A stretch of 64,000 nt of DNA from Ruminococcus flavefaciens (GTDB lineage: Bacteria; Bacillota; Clostridia; Oscillospirales; Ruminococcaceae), in contig CACWHY010000007.1 of NCBI GenBank assembly GCA_902760805.1, positions 9,588-73,587 of the forward strand, written 5' to 3'. The position numbers and the translations under genes are program-made. The notes below the pieces were generated by a model. It saw nothing but the letters and a program-made list of their open reading frames with translations. It was not told the DNA's origin and made no database searches. Position 1 is the first letter of the stretch. Every line of letters begins with the position of its first letter. Positions 49,555 through 58,481 of the stretch are shown piece by piece.

Positions 49555-51573
49555 TTAACCTACATTTTCTCCGCCGTCCTGGGGGGGATCCACCGGAGTA
49601 TCGACCGGCGTATCTACGGGAGTATCCACCGGCGTATCTACCGGTGTATCCACGGGAGTATCAACTGGGACATCAACAACTGAGGACTCCTGAACGCTCG
49701 ACTCAGGAACATAAACTGAGCTTGACTCAGGCTCCTGGTAGTATGAGCTCTCCGGAGGCGGCGTTACAACAGCGTCGGCCGGCAGGTAGTAAACGATCAG
49801 CTTCTTGCCTTCCTTGTTGCTGAAATAGCTTCCGGCGCTAACGGTCTTGCCGTCGATCTGGAGTGATGAGATAGTGTTGGGCGTTCCATAAGCTGAGTTG
49901 GAAGCGATGAGGGAGTAGTTGGAGATACCGGCCTCCTTCAGCCTGTTCTCATACTGTGAAACTGTAAGGCCGCTGTAATCCGGGATCATAGCGGACTCCT
50001 TGCCCTTGCTGACCTTGACTCTGACAACGCTGCCCTGAGCCACCTGAGTGCCGGGCTCGATGCTCTGCTCGAAGATCATGTCAGCCTCGTAATTGTCGTT
50101 ATATTCGTATATGACCTCAAAGTTCAAGAAATCTCTGTACTTTTCCTCAGCTATCTCATAGAACTTGTTCACCAAGTCAGGCATTTCGGTGTCGGCCTTG
50201 ACTGTGGTGGGCTCGGTAGTCTCCTCGGTCGTGCCTGTTACCACATTATCGGAGACAGATGAGGAGCTTGAGGAGCTGGAAGAATTCCTGTCCTTTGGCA
50301 TGATCATCTGCATGATGACCACAGCGATGATCATTAGGATCGCCAGCAGGAGGACACCGATGATGATCGGCACCTTGATCCTGTCAACGGTGTTGACCTT
50401 TTCGTAGCGGTAGTCGTCGTAATCGCCCACATCGTCGTACTGAGGATAGGGAGCAGGCTCCTGGTAATAGGGCTGCTGGGGAGGCGGAGCGTACTGCTGG
50501 TTGGGGTCCTGATAGCCGCCATAGAACTCCTGCTGCTGAACAGGCGGAGCCTCGTTCTGGGGAGGAGGTACAGGCAGGGGCGTAGTGAAGGTGCTCTTCA
50601 TAGGAGAAGAGGGAGCTTCAAAGAGGCGTGTCACCAGCTCAGTGATAGTCTGGATCCTGTCTCTTCCGGCAAGATTCATGCCCTCCATGATAACACGGGA
50701 AACGTGCTGAGGGATCTTGCTGTTGAGGACCGCAGGCTCGCAGAGGTCGTCGTGCTTCATTCGGCTCATAGAGTCAACGGGCATACAGCCTGTAAGGGCT
50801 CTGTAGAGGAGTGCGCAGACTCCGTAAACATCTGTCCAGGATCCCTGACGGCTGCTGCTGCTTGCTGAATACTGCTCAGGAGCTGCATAGCCCTTGAAGA
50901 GCTCGTACTCAAGACCGGCGTTGGCAGTTCTAACGGCGGAAACGCAGAAGCCGGACAGCTTAAGCTCGCCCTTAGAGGTGATATAGACCGTATCGGGACT
51001 GATGGCCCTGTGGATTATGCCTGCATTGTGGAGGATGCCGATGGTAGTGAACAGGGGAGGGAAGATCTTTGAGACCTGCTCCCAGCTGAGCTCGCCGGCG
51101 TTATCCTTCAAATAGTCCAGCATTTTCACGCCCTCGATGTGCTCGAAGACGGTGTATGTAGTGTTGTTCTCGGCGAACATATCGAGAACAGGGGTTATAT
51201 TCGAATTATTGCGGAGCCTTGCAAGGGACTTGTTCAGCTCGGTATACTCGGCCATAAAGGCCTTATACTTGGCAAGGTTGTTGTAATTTACACTGATGAC
51301 GGCTTTGTTTTTTACACGGGTGCAAAGGTTTATTGGCATATACTCTCTGAGCATGACTTTGCAGCCAGTGGATATATCAAGGCCTGCGTATGTAGCGCCC
51401 TCGCCGTTATACTCAAGAAGGATCCCTACGAGGTACCTGTCATGAAGAATGGTACCCGGAGCAATGTACATAGGATCGAACGGGGTATGCTCATCGTAGC
51501 CGCAGTGCGGGCAGGCGGTGAGACCGGCGTCGTATTTTTCCAAACATCTGTAGCAATATTTGCGCTCTCCCAA
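49555..51573 (-). CDS. membrane protein: N-terminal zinc ribbon, degenerate Ser/Thr kinase (pseudokinase) domain, TM, two PASTA-like domains and a (VDTP)n tail
   Basis: Zinc ribbon CYRC..CPHC. Kinase fold with HRAISPDT in place of HRDxKxxN and SGF in place of DFG, while AAPE is retained. TM VPIIIGVLLLAILMIIAVVIM and a poly-Ser run. PASTA-like segment MPDLVNKF..VRVKVSKG and a second copy. Confidence 0.75.
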   Translation of the reverse strand: MGERKYCYRCLEKYDAGLTACPHCGYDEHTPFDPMYIAPGTILHDRYLVGILLEYNGEGATYAGLDISTGCKVMLREYMPINLCTRVKNKAVISVNYNNLAKYKAFMAEYTELNKSLARLRNNSNITPVLDMFAENNTTYTVFEHIEGVKMLDYLKDNAGELSWEQVSKIFPPLFTTIGILHNAGIIHRAISPDTVYITSKGELKLSGFCVSAVRTANAGLEYELFKGYAAPEQYSASSSSRQGSWTDVYGVCALLYRALTGCMPVDSMSRMKHDDLCEPAVLNSKIPQHVSRVIMEGMNLAGRDRIQTITELVTRLFEAPSSPMKSTFTTPLPVPPPQNEAPPVQQQEFYGGYQDPNQQYAPPPQQPYYQEPAPYPQYDDVGDYDDYRYEKVNTVDRIKVPIIIGVLLLAILMIIAVVIMQMIMPKDRNSSSSSSSSSVSDNVVTGTTEETTEPTTVKADTEMPDLVNKFYEIAEEKYRDFLNFEVIYEYNDNYEADMIFEQSIEPGTQVAQGSVVRVKVSKGKESAMIPDYSGLTVSQYENRLKEAGISNYSLIASNSAYGTPNTISSLQIDGKTVSAGSYFSNKEGKKLIVYYLPADAVVTPPPESSYYQEPESSSVYVPESSVQESSVVDVPVDTPVDTPVDTPVDTPVDTPVDTPVDPPQDGGENVG
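49582..49674 (-). repeat. in-frame 12-nt tandem repeat encoding (VDTP)x6-VDPP
   Basis: The plus strand shows ggagtatcgacc/ggcgtatctacg/ggagtatccacc..., with variation mostly at synonymous positions. Confidence 0.9.
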
Positions 51574-51849
51574 AGCAGTTCCTCCTTTACAAGTATATTG
51601 ATACGCAAAAATCGCATCATAACTATTTTATCAGCATTCAGTTGAAAAGTCAACAACTAAAATGCGGATATTTTGATTTTGTCGGAATTTGTAGCATTTC
51701 TGTAATAATTTAGCTCAGTTTGCTCACTATTTTGTAACAATTAGGCCGCATGACCTCCTTTCAGAAATAATTACTGCCGGGCGTTGCAATATTTTCAGGA
51801 TCATGCTATAATAAAGGATAAAGATCAAGACTATAAAAGGGAGGATCAT

Positions 51850-52866
51850 ATGGAGCTTTTAGGAACGATAACAGAGCTGGCCCAGGCCTTCGGGCCTTCC
51901 GGCTGTGAGGACGCTGCCGGAGAGCTGGCAAAGTCCATGCTGGAGGAATACTGCTCTGAGGTCTATATTTCGAACAATAACGTCATCGGACGCTTTGGGG
52001 AGCGCCGTGAAGGGCTGCCGGATCTGGTGCTTGACGCTCACATCGATCAGATCGGCATGATCGTCACAGGCATCTCTGAGGAGGGCTTCGTGAAGGTCGA
52101 CAGTCTGGGAGGCATCGACCGCAGGCTCCTTCCCACTCAGCAGGTGGTGATCTTCGGAAAGCGCCAGATCCCGGGAGTTTTCTCAACTCTTCCCCCTCAC
52201 CTTGCTCAAGGCGGCAACAAGGTCATGACCTTCGCTGAGGCCGCCATCGACACTGGGCTTTCCAAGGAGGAGCTGGAGGAGCTGGTCTCGCCGGGAGACT
52301 GCGTGAAATTTGATGTGGAGCTGAAAAGGCTACTGGGTGAGAGAGTCACCTGCGGAGCCTTGGACGACCGCTGCGGAGTGGCCTGCATCCTCTATGCGCT
52401 GGAGCTGCTAAAGGGCGAAGATCTGGGCTATAACGTGACCGTGATCTTCTCCTCTCAGGAGGAGGTGGGCGAGCGTGGCGCTAAAGTCGGGGCATTTGAG
52501 CTTGCTCCCGACATTGCTATCGCCGTGGACGTCAGCTTCGCCATGAACACCGGCGAGGACCCGAAAAAGTGCGGCGAGCTGGGGAAAGGCCCCATGATAG
52601 GCGTTTCTCCCTCTCTTTCAAGACGCATCTCTCAGGAGCTGATCGCCTGTGCAAAGAACGCACAGATCCCTTTCCAGTATGAGGTGATGAACGGCATGAC
52701 CGGCACCAATGCTGACCGGTATTCCGTGGAAAAGGGCGGCGCCGAGACCTGTACTGTGTCGATCCCCCTGAGAAATATGCACACTCCCGCTGAGGTCATC
52801 GACCTTAGGGACGTCAGACTTTCCGCACAGCTTCTTGCGGAGTTCATCAAGGAGGGCAGAAAATGA
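51850..52866 (+). CDS. M42 family metallopeptidase (glutamyl aminopeptidase/CelM-like)
   Basis: ELAQAFGPSGCED, LDAHIDQIGMIV, GALDDRCG and SSQEEVGERGA. RBS GGGAGG. Confidence 0.85.
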   Translation: MELLGTITELAQAFGPSGCEDAAGELAKSMLEEYCSEVYISNNNVIGRFGERREGLPDLVLDAHIDQIGMIVTGISEEGFVKVDSLGGIDRRLLPTQQVVIFGKRQIPGVFSTLPPHLAQGGNKVMTFAEAAIDTGLSKEELEELVSPGDCVKFDVELKRLLGERVTCGALDDRCGVACILYALELLKGEDLGYNVTVIFSSQEEVGERGAKVGAFELAPDIAIAVDVSFAMNTGEDPKKCGELGKGPMIGVSPSLSRRISQELIACAKNAQIPFQYEVMNGMTGTNADRYSVEKGGAETCTVSIPLRNMHTPAEVIDLRDVRLSAQLLAEFIKEGRK

Positions 52867-53879
52867 AGAGTCTTCTGAAGGAATTATGCCTTATCAACGG
52901 CGTTTCCGGGGACGAGCAGCTCGTCCGCAGCGCCATTATGGAAAAGGTGAAGGATCACTGCGATGAGATGCGCACGGATCCTCTGGGCAGCCTGATCTGC
53001 TTCAAAAAGGGAAAAAGCTCCGGCAAAAAGCTCATGGTCTGCGCCCATATGGACGAGGTGGGCTTCATCATCACCCACATAAACTCCGATGGCACTCTAT
53101 CCTTTGATCAGGTGGGAGGTATCGACCCTTCCGTTGTTATCGGCCGTCAGGTGAAGGTGGGAAATGCCGGTATACAGGGAGTTGTAGGCTCTCCGGCTGT
53201 GCATGATCTCTCCAAGGATGAGCGTGAGGCTCCCCCGAAATTCAGCGGCATGACTATCGACATCGGCGCTTCCTCGAAGGAGGAGGCTGAGAAATACGTT
53301 TCGCCGGGAGACTGCGCATATTTCAGCTCTGATTTCCTGGAAATGGGCAGCAAGATCAAGTCCAAGGCCATCGACGACCGTGCAGGCTGCGCAATGATGA
53401 TCAGCCTTATGCAGGAGGATCTGCCCTTTGACACATACTTCGTGTTCAACGTTCAGGAGGAGATCGGCCTCCGTGGATCTGGCGCCTCTGCCTATTCCGT
53501 TGCTCCGGACTTCGCCTTGGTGCTGGAGGCCACTACTGCTGCGGACATTGACGGAGTTTCCGGCGGAAAGAAGGTCTGCTGCCTGGGATGCGGTCCCGTG
53601 GTCAGCTTCATGGACCGCCGCACGATCTACGACAGAGAGCTGTACAGGCTGGCCTTCGACACGGCTAGGGAGATCGGTGTGCCCTGCCAGACAAAGAGCG
53701 CTGTTGCCGGCGGAAATGATGCCGGTGCCATACATATCAGCGGAAAGGGCGTGCGGACTCTGGCAGTCTCAGTGCCTTGCAGATACCTCCATTCGCCGGC
53801 CTGCGTGATAGAGTCGGCTGATCTGGAGAGCACCTACGCACTGGTCCGTGAGCTTGCAGGAAGGATACCAAAGCTATGA
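52863..53879 (+). CDS. M42 family metallopeptidase (second paralog)
   Basis: LINGVSGDEQ, AHMDEVGFIITHI, AIDDRAGC and NVQEEIGLRG. It overlaps the previous gene by 4 nt. Confidence 0.85.
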   Translation: MKSLLKELCLINGVSGDEQLVRSAIMEKVKDHCDEMRTDPLGSLICFKKGKSSGKKLMVCAHMDEVGFIITHINSDGTLSFDQVGGIDPSVVIGRQVKVGNAGIQGVVGSPAVHDLSKDEREAPPKFSGMTIDIGASSKEEAEKYVSPGDCAYFSSDFLEMGSKIKSKAIDDRAGCAMMISLMQEDLPFDTYFVFNVQEEIGLRGSGASAYSVAPDFALVLEATTAADIDGVSGGKKVCCLGCGPVVSFMDRRTIYDRELYRLAFDTAREIGVPCQTKSAVAGGNDAGAIHISGKGVRTLAVSVPCRYLHSPACVIESADLESTYALVRELAGRIPKL

Positions 53880-54685
53880 TCAAACTTGTGAAAAGCGACA
53901 GCGAGCTGGATAATGAGCTGCTGATGAGGTCCCTCTCCGGAAGAAAAATGCTGGCGTACATGAAGGCCTACGGTCCGGGGTATGATTTTTGCCGGTTTTA
54001 CACGGTAACTGACGAGTACGGCCGGGGCGGCAAGGGCTTCATGTTCATCATAAATTCCACCCTGATAATCTGCGGAGACGGCCGTCTTGGGGCAACTGAG
54101 GAGCTCCAGATCTTCATCAATATGAACGAGCCCTTCCGTATCGAGGGCGACCAGAAGATCCTCCGGGGGATAACTCTGGGCAGCCGCTATCAGGAGCTGG
54201 GACGGACGGTCTTCGAGCTGATCCCTGACGAGAACAGCTATAAATTCGCCGAGGAGTTCGTGGACTTCGACCCGTACCTCCCGGACGTTTACACCATACT
54301 CAGCGAGGGATTTCCCAATATTGCGGACTTTTCCCTGTGGTACACCGATACCTCGCACCGCTGCCGCCACGGTATCAGCCGAGTTTTCACCTACCGGGGC
54401 AGCACTACGGCTTCTGTGGTCTTCGACATCGGCGGAGAGGTGCTGATCGGGCAGGTGGCCACAAAGATCGAGGCTCGTGGCGCAGGCTATGCAAGGGAAT
54501 TCCTGAAATGGCTGGCTCTGTGGCTGAACAACATGGGCAAGCGTGCCTACCTTCTGGCGCTGGATATCCGTGTCAGCTTCTACAAGGAGATCGGCTTCCG
54601 TGAGGTCGAGAAGGAGATCGTCCTTGAGCGTATCGACGTGGAGAAGGACAGTCTCTCCAAGGGCAGACTTGCAGACGAGATGTGA
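53876..54685 (+). CDS. GNAT-like acetyltransferase-fold protein (tentative)
   Basis: The C-terminal segment GQVATKIEARGAGYAREFLKWLALWLNNMGKRAYLLALDIRVSFYKEIGFREV resembles the acetyl-CoA-binding core of GNATs. It overlaps the upstream gene by 4 nt. Confidence 0.5.
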   Translation: MIKLVKSDSELDNELLMRSLSGRKMLAYMKAYGPGYDFCRFYTVTDEYGRGGKGFMFIINSTLIICGDGRLGATEELQIFINMNEPFRIEGDQKILRGITLGSRYQELGRTVFELIPDENSYKFAEEFVDFDPYLPDVYTILSEGFPNIADFSLWYTDTSHRCRHGISRVFTYRGSTTASVVFDIGGEVLIGQVATKIEARGAGYAREFLKWLALWLNNMGKRAYLLALDIRVSFYKEIGFREVEKEIVLERIDVEKDSLSKGRLADEM

Positions 54686-54710
54686 CCATATACATTTGAA
54701 AGGAAATAAA

Positions 54711-55991
54711 ATGAACAGTAAGATAAATCAACTTTACGGCTTCGATCCGAAGCTCATAGAGATCGCAGAAAAGGCTGAGGCGGACTGCGCTGAGGCATTC
54801 AAAAAAATGGAGCAGACCGCTGAATACTGCGGAGCAAAGGTGCTCAAGGCCTTCTCAGATAATAAGGTCAGCGAGCAGTGCTTCTACGGCTCCACCGGCT
54901 ACGGCTACGGCGACATCGGACGTGACGTTATCGACAAGGTCTTCGCTCAGGCTCTGGGTACGGAGGACGCTCTGGTGCGCTTCAATTTCGTTTCGGGAAC
55001 TCATGCTCTGTCCGTGGCGCTTTTCGGCGTTCTCCGCACGGGGGACAAAATGGTTTCCATAACCGGCAAGCCCTACGACACTCTGGAGGAGGTCATCGGC
55101 CTTGCGGGTGAAAAGGGGAACGGCTCCCTCATGGACTACGGCGTGGAGTACGCACAGGTGGATCTGAATGAGGACGGCTCCCCTAAGCTGGAGGAGATCA
55201 CTGAGGCGGTCAAGGGTGCTAAGGTCGCCTATATACAGCGTTCACGGGGATATTCTCTCCGGGGAGCCTTCACCGTGGAGGACATCTCCGAGATGGTGAA
55301 GGCCGTCCGCAAGGGCAACCCTGATGCTATCGTTATGGTGGACAACTGCTACGGCGAGTTCGTTCAGGAGCTGGAGCCCTCTGATGCAGGAGCCGACATC
55401 ATGATCGGATCGCTCATCAAGAACGCCGGCGGCGGTATCGCACGCACAGGCGGATATATCGCCGGAAGAGCTGACCTGGTAGAGCTTTGCTCATACCGCC
55501 TGACCTGCGTTGGCATGGGCAAGGAGGTAGGCTGTACTCTTGGCATGAATCGTGAGATGCTGCTGGGACTTTTCTTCGCTCCCGACGTAGTTTGCGCTTC
55601 ACTGAAGACCTCTGCATTCGCTGGGGAGCTGTTCACAGCCCTTGGCTTTGAGTGCTCTCCCAGAAAGACCGATCCCCGAGGCGACATCATAACTGCCATA
55701 AAGCTGGGTGACGAGGAGCACCTGACGGCCTTCTGCCGTGGTATCCAGAAGGGCGCTCCCGTAGACGCATTCGTGACTCCTGAGCCATGGGATATGCCGG
55801 GCTACATCAGCAAGGTGATAATGGCTGCCGGAGCCTTCACCATGGGCGCTTCCATCGAGCTCTCCGCAGATGCTCCGATCCGTGAGCCCTTCGCAGTTTG
55901 GATGCAGGGCGGCATAACATACACCTCCGGAAAGCTGGGAGTTATGCTGGCTGCTCAGGAGATGATAGATCAGGGTCTTGTGCAGCTCTGA
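54711..55991 (+). CDS. methionine gamma-lyase family (YnbB/aluminium-resistance-like) PLP enzyme
   Basis: Starts MNSKINQLYGFDPKLIEIAEKAE. Contains YGYGDIGRD and IGSLIKNAGGGIARTGGYIAG (Lys in SLIKN context). Pattern recognition only. Confidence 0.75.
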   Translation: MNSKINQLYGFDPKLIEIAEKAEADCAEAFKKMEQTAEYCGAKVLKAFSDNKVSEQCFYGSTGYGYGDIGRDVIDKVFAQALGTEDALVRFNFVSGTHALSVALFGVLRTGDKMVSITGKPYDTLEEVIGLAGEKGNGSLMDYGVEYAQVDLNEDGSPKLEEITEAVKGAKVAYIQRSRGYSLRGAFTVEDISEMVKAVRKGNPDAIVMVDNCYGEFVQELEPSDAGADIMIGSLIKNAGGGIARTGGYIAGRADLVELCSYRLTCVGMGKEVGCTLGMNREMLLGLFFAPDVVCASLKTSAFAGELFTALGFECSPRKTDPRGDIITAIKLGDEEHLTAFCRGIQKGAPVDAFVTPEPWDMPGYISKVIMAAGAFTMGASIELSADAPIREPFAVWMQGGITYTSGKLGVMLAAQEMIDQGLVQL

Positions 55992-56010
55992 TCTTCACAG
56001 ACGATACCCC

Positions 56011-56039
56011 TTGCAATTACCGATATTGTATGTTATAAT
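56011..56039 (+). promoter_or_regulatory. candidate promoter of pcrA-pyk
   Basis: TTGCAA-17 nt-TATAAT. Confidence 0.55.
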
Positions 56040-56105
56040 TGTATAAGAATAGTTTCGTGATAAGCCTTACATTATACTAATTTTATAAATGGAGTAGATT
56101 CTTTT

Positions 56106-58466
56106 ATGGATAAACAGTCCTACATCAGCGCAAAACAGGCTGCGCTGAGAAAGTATTTCAGCCGCATGAACGATATGCAGCAGGAGGCCGTCTTTACTGT
56201 GAACGGTCCTGTTCTTGTGCTGGCAGGAGCCGGAAGCGGCAAGACCACTGTTATAGTGAACCGTATCGCCAACATGATCAACTTCGGAAACGCCTTTTTT
56301 GACGAGTCACGCATAGGCGATGAGGCCGACCTGAAATTCCTACAGGATTACGCCTCAGGCGCAGCCGATGACTTCGAGACTCTCCGGGAGACCGTTGCAG
56401 TTTCGCCCGTAAAGCCGTGGAATATCCTTGCTATCACCTTTACGAATAAGGCTGCCGGCGAGCTGAAGGAGCGCCTTCAGGATATGCTGGGGGAGGAGGC
56501 TCTTAACGTTCACGCCTCCACCTTCCACTCTGCCTGCATGAGGATCCTCCGCAGTGAGATCGGCGCACTGGGCTTCAGCAGCGACTTTACGATCTACGAT
56601 TCTGACGACAGCCAGCGCCTTATCAAGAATATCATGGCGGAGATCGACGTTTCCGAGAAGCAGCTTGCTCCAAGGGCTGTGCTCACTGAAATCAGCTTCG
56701 CCAAGGACAAGATGATAACTCCCGAGGAGATGCGTGCTGATGCCGGTATGGACTACCGTAAGAAGGTGATCTCCAAGCTCTACGCTCTGTATCAGGAGCG
56801 CCTGAAGGCCGCCAACGCCCTGGATTTCGACGATATCCTTGTGTTCACCGTGAAGATCTTCGAGGAGTTCCCGGAGGTACTGGAGAAGTACCGCCAGCGC
56901 TTCCGCTACATCTTAGTCGATGAGTATCAGGACACTAACCACGTCCAGTTCCGCCTTGTTTCGCTGCTCTCAAAGGAGCACTCCAACCTGTGCGTAGTGG
57001 GCGACGATGACCAGAGCATATACCGTTTCCGTGGCGCAAATATCGAGAATATCCTGGGCTTTGAGAGCCAGTTCAAGGGCGCCCAGGTCATCCGCCTTGA
57101 GCAGAATTACCGCTCTACACAGACTATCCTTGATGCGGCAAACTCCGTTATCGCCCACAATATGGGGCGCAAGGAGAAGACCCTCTGGACAGGCGGCGCC
57201 AAGGGCGAGAAGGTCTACTGGTACAAGGCTGTCGACGAGAACGATGAGTCAAAATTCGTGGCAGACACTATTGCTGCTGACTATAAAAAGACCGGTAAAT
57301 ATTCCGGTAACGCCGTGCTTTACCGCATGAACGCCCAGTCCAACTCAGTTGAGCGGACCCTGGTGCGCTGCGGCATACCCTACAGAGTTTACGGCGGCAT
57401 GAGATTCTACGACCGGAAGGAGATCCGTGACGTTACCGCCTACCTTAGCTTCATCAACAACCACAGCGATATGCTGCGTTTCCGCAGGATCATCAACGAG
57501 CCCAAGCGTGGCATCGGCGACTCGACTATCGCTCTTATCGAGGACATCAGCCGTGACCTGAGACTGACTCCCTTTGAGGTCATCAGCACCTGCGAGGATT
57601 TCGCTCCGCTGTCAAAGAAGGTCACTGCTCTGAAGTCCGCTGCGGCTATGTTCGCAGACCTTGACCAGAAGGCGCAGGAGCTGCCCCTGGACGAGTTTTT
57701 GGACTATGTTCTGGACAAAACAGGCTATCTTGACCACCTGAAAACTCTGGAAAACGCTGAGACAAAGATTGAGAACGTTGAGGAGCTCCGTTCCTCCATC
57801 GTCCAGTACATGAACGAAGCAGAGGAGCCTTCTCTGGGCGGATTTTTGGAGGAAGTCGCTCTGTACACCGAGGCCGACCGTGACGACGGCTCCGAGGACA
57901 AGGTCACTCTCCTGACGGTACATTCCGCAAAGGGACTTGAGTTCAAAAACGTGTTCGTTATCGGCCTTGAGGAAGGGATCTTCCCCAGCAGCCGTTCCTT
58001 TGACAGCGAGGATGACCTTGAAGAGGAGCGCAGACTTGCCTATGTTGCCATTACCCGTGCCAAGGAGAGGCTCTACCTCACCAGCGCAAGACAGCGTATG
58101 CTTTTCGGCCAGACCCAGCGCAATGTGACCTCACGCTTCATGAAGGAGATCGGTACCGAGCTCATCGAAAAGCACGATAATGCCGCTGCTATGCGTGCTA
58201 TGCTGGAGGAGAACGACAAGTCAGTTACCGAGGTACACTCTGCTACTCTCCAGCAGCAGCTTGCCAGAAACAAGATGCACGCCGGAGCTGCTCAGAAGGC
58301 TGCGGTGGAGTACAACGCCGGTGAGCGTGTCCTCCACAATATCTTCGGCGAGGGTACTATCGTTTCCGTAAAGAAAATGTCCAACGACGCTATGCTGGAG
58401 ATCGCCTTCGAGAAGGTGGGCACAAAGAAGATCATGGCCAATTTCGCCAAGCTGAAAAAACTCTGA
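56106..58466 (+). CDS. pcrA: ATP-dependent DNA helicase PcrA (UvrD family)
   Basis: Walker A AGAGSGKTTV, plus TFHSAC, VDEYQDTN, QNYRS and VHSAKGLEF. Confidence 0.9.
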   Translation: MDKQSYISAKQAALRKYFSRMNDMQQEAVFTVNGPVLVLAGAGSGKTTVIVNRIANMINFGNAFFDESRIGDEADLKFLQDYASGAADDFETLRETVAVSPVKPWNILAITFTNKAAGELKERLQDMLGEEALNVHASTFHSACMRILRSEIGALGFSSDFTIYDSDDSQRLIKNIMAEIDVSEKQLAPRAVLTEISFAKDKMITPEEMRADAGMDYRKKVISKLYALYQERLKAANALDFDDILVFTVKIFEEFPEVLEKYRQRFRYILVDEYQDTNHVQFRLVSLLSKEHSNLCVVGDDDQSIYRFRGANIENILGFESQFKGAQVIRLEQNYRSTQTILDAANSVIAHNMGRKEKTLWTGGAKGEKVYWYKAVDENDESKFVADTIAADYKKTGKYSGNAVLYRMNAQSNSVERTLVRCGIPYRVYGGMRFYDRKEIRDVTAYLSFINNHSDMLRFRRIINEPKRGIGDSTIALIEDISRDLRLTPFEVISTCEDFAPLSKKVTALKSAAAMFADLDQKAQELPLDEFLDYVLDKTGYLDHLKTLENAETKIENVEELRSSIVQYMNEAEEPSLGGFLEEVALYTEADRDDGSEDKVTLLTVHSAKGLEFKNVFVIGLEEGIFPSSRSFDSEDDLEEERRLAYVAITRAKERLYLTSARQRMLFGQTQRNVTSRFMKEIGTELIEKHDNAAAMRAMLEENDKSVTEVHSATLQQQLARNKMHAGAAQKAAVEYNAGERVLHNIFGEGTIVSVKKMSNDAMLEIAFEKVGTKKIMANFAKLKKL

Positions 58467-58481
58467 GAAAAGGTGATATAA

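Noticed and set aside
49582-49674. Short regularly spaced repeats that could at first glance suggest a CRISPR-like or minisatellite array.
   Set aside because: The period is only 12 nt with no spacers. The repeat is in frame within a long ORF and encodes (VDTP)n, so it is a coding tandem repeat and not CRISPR.
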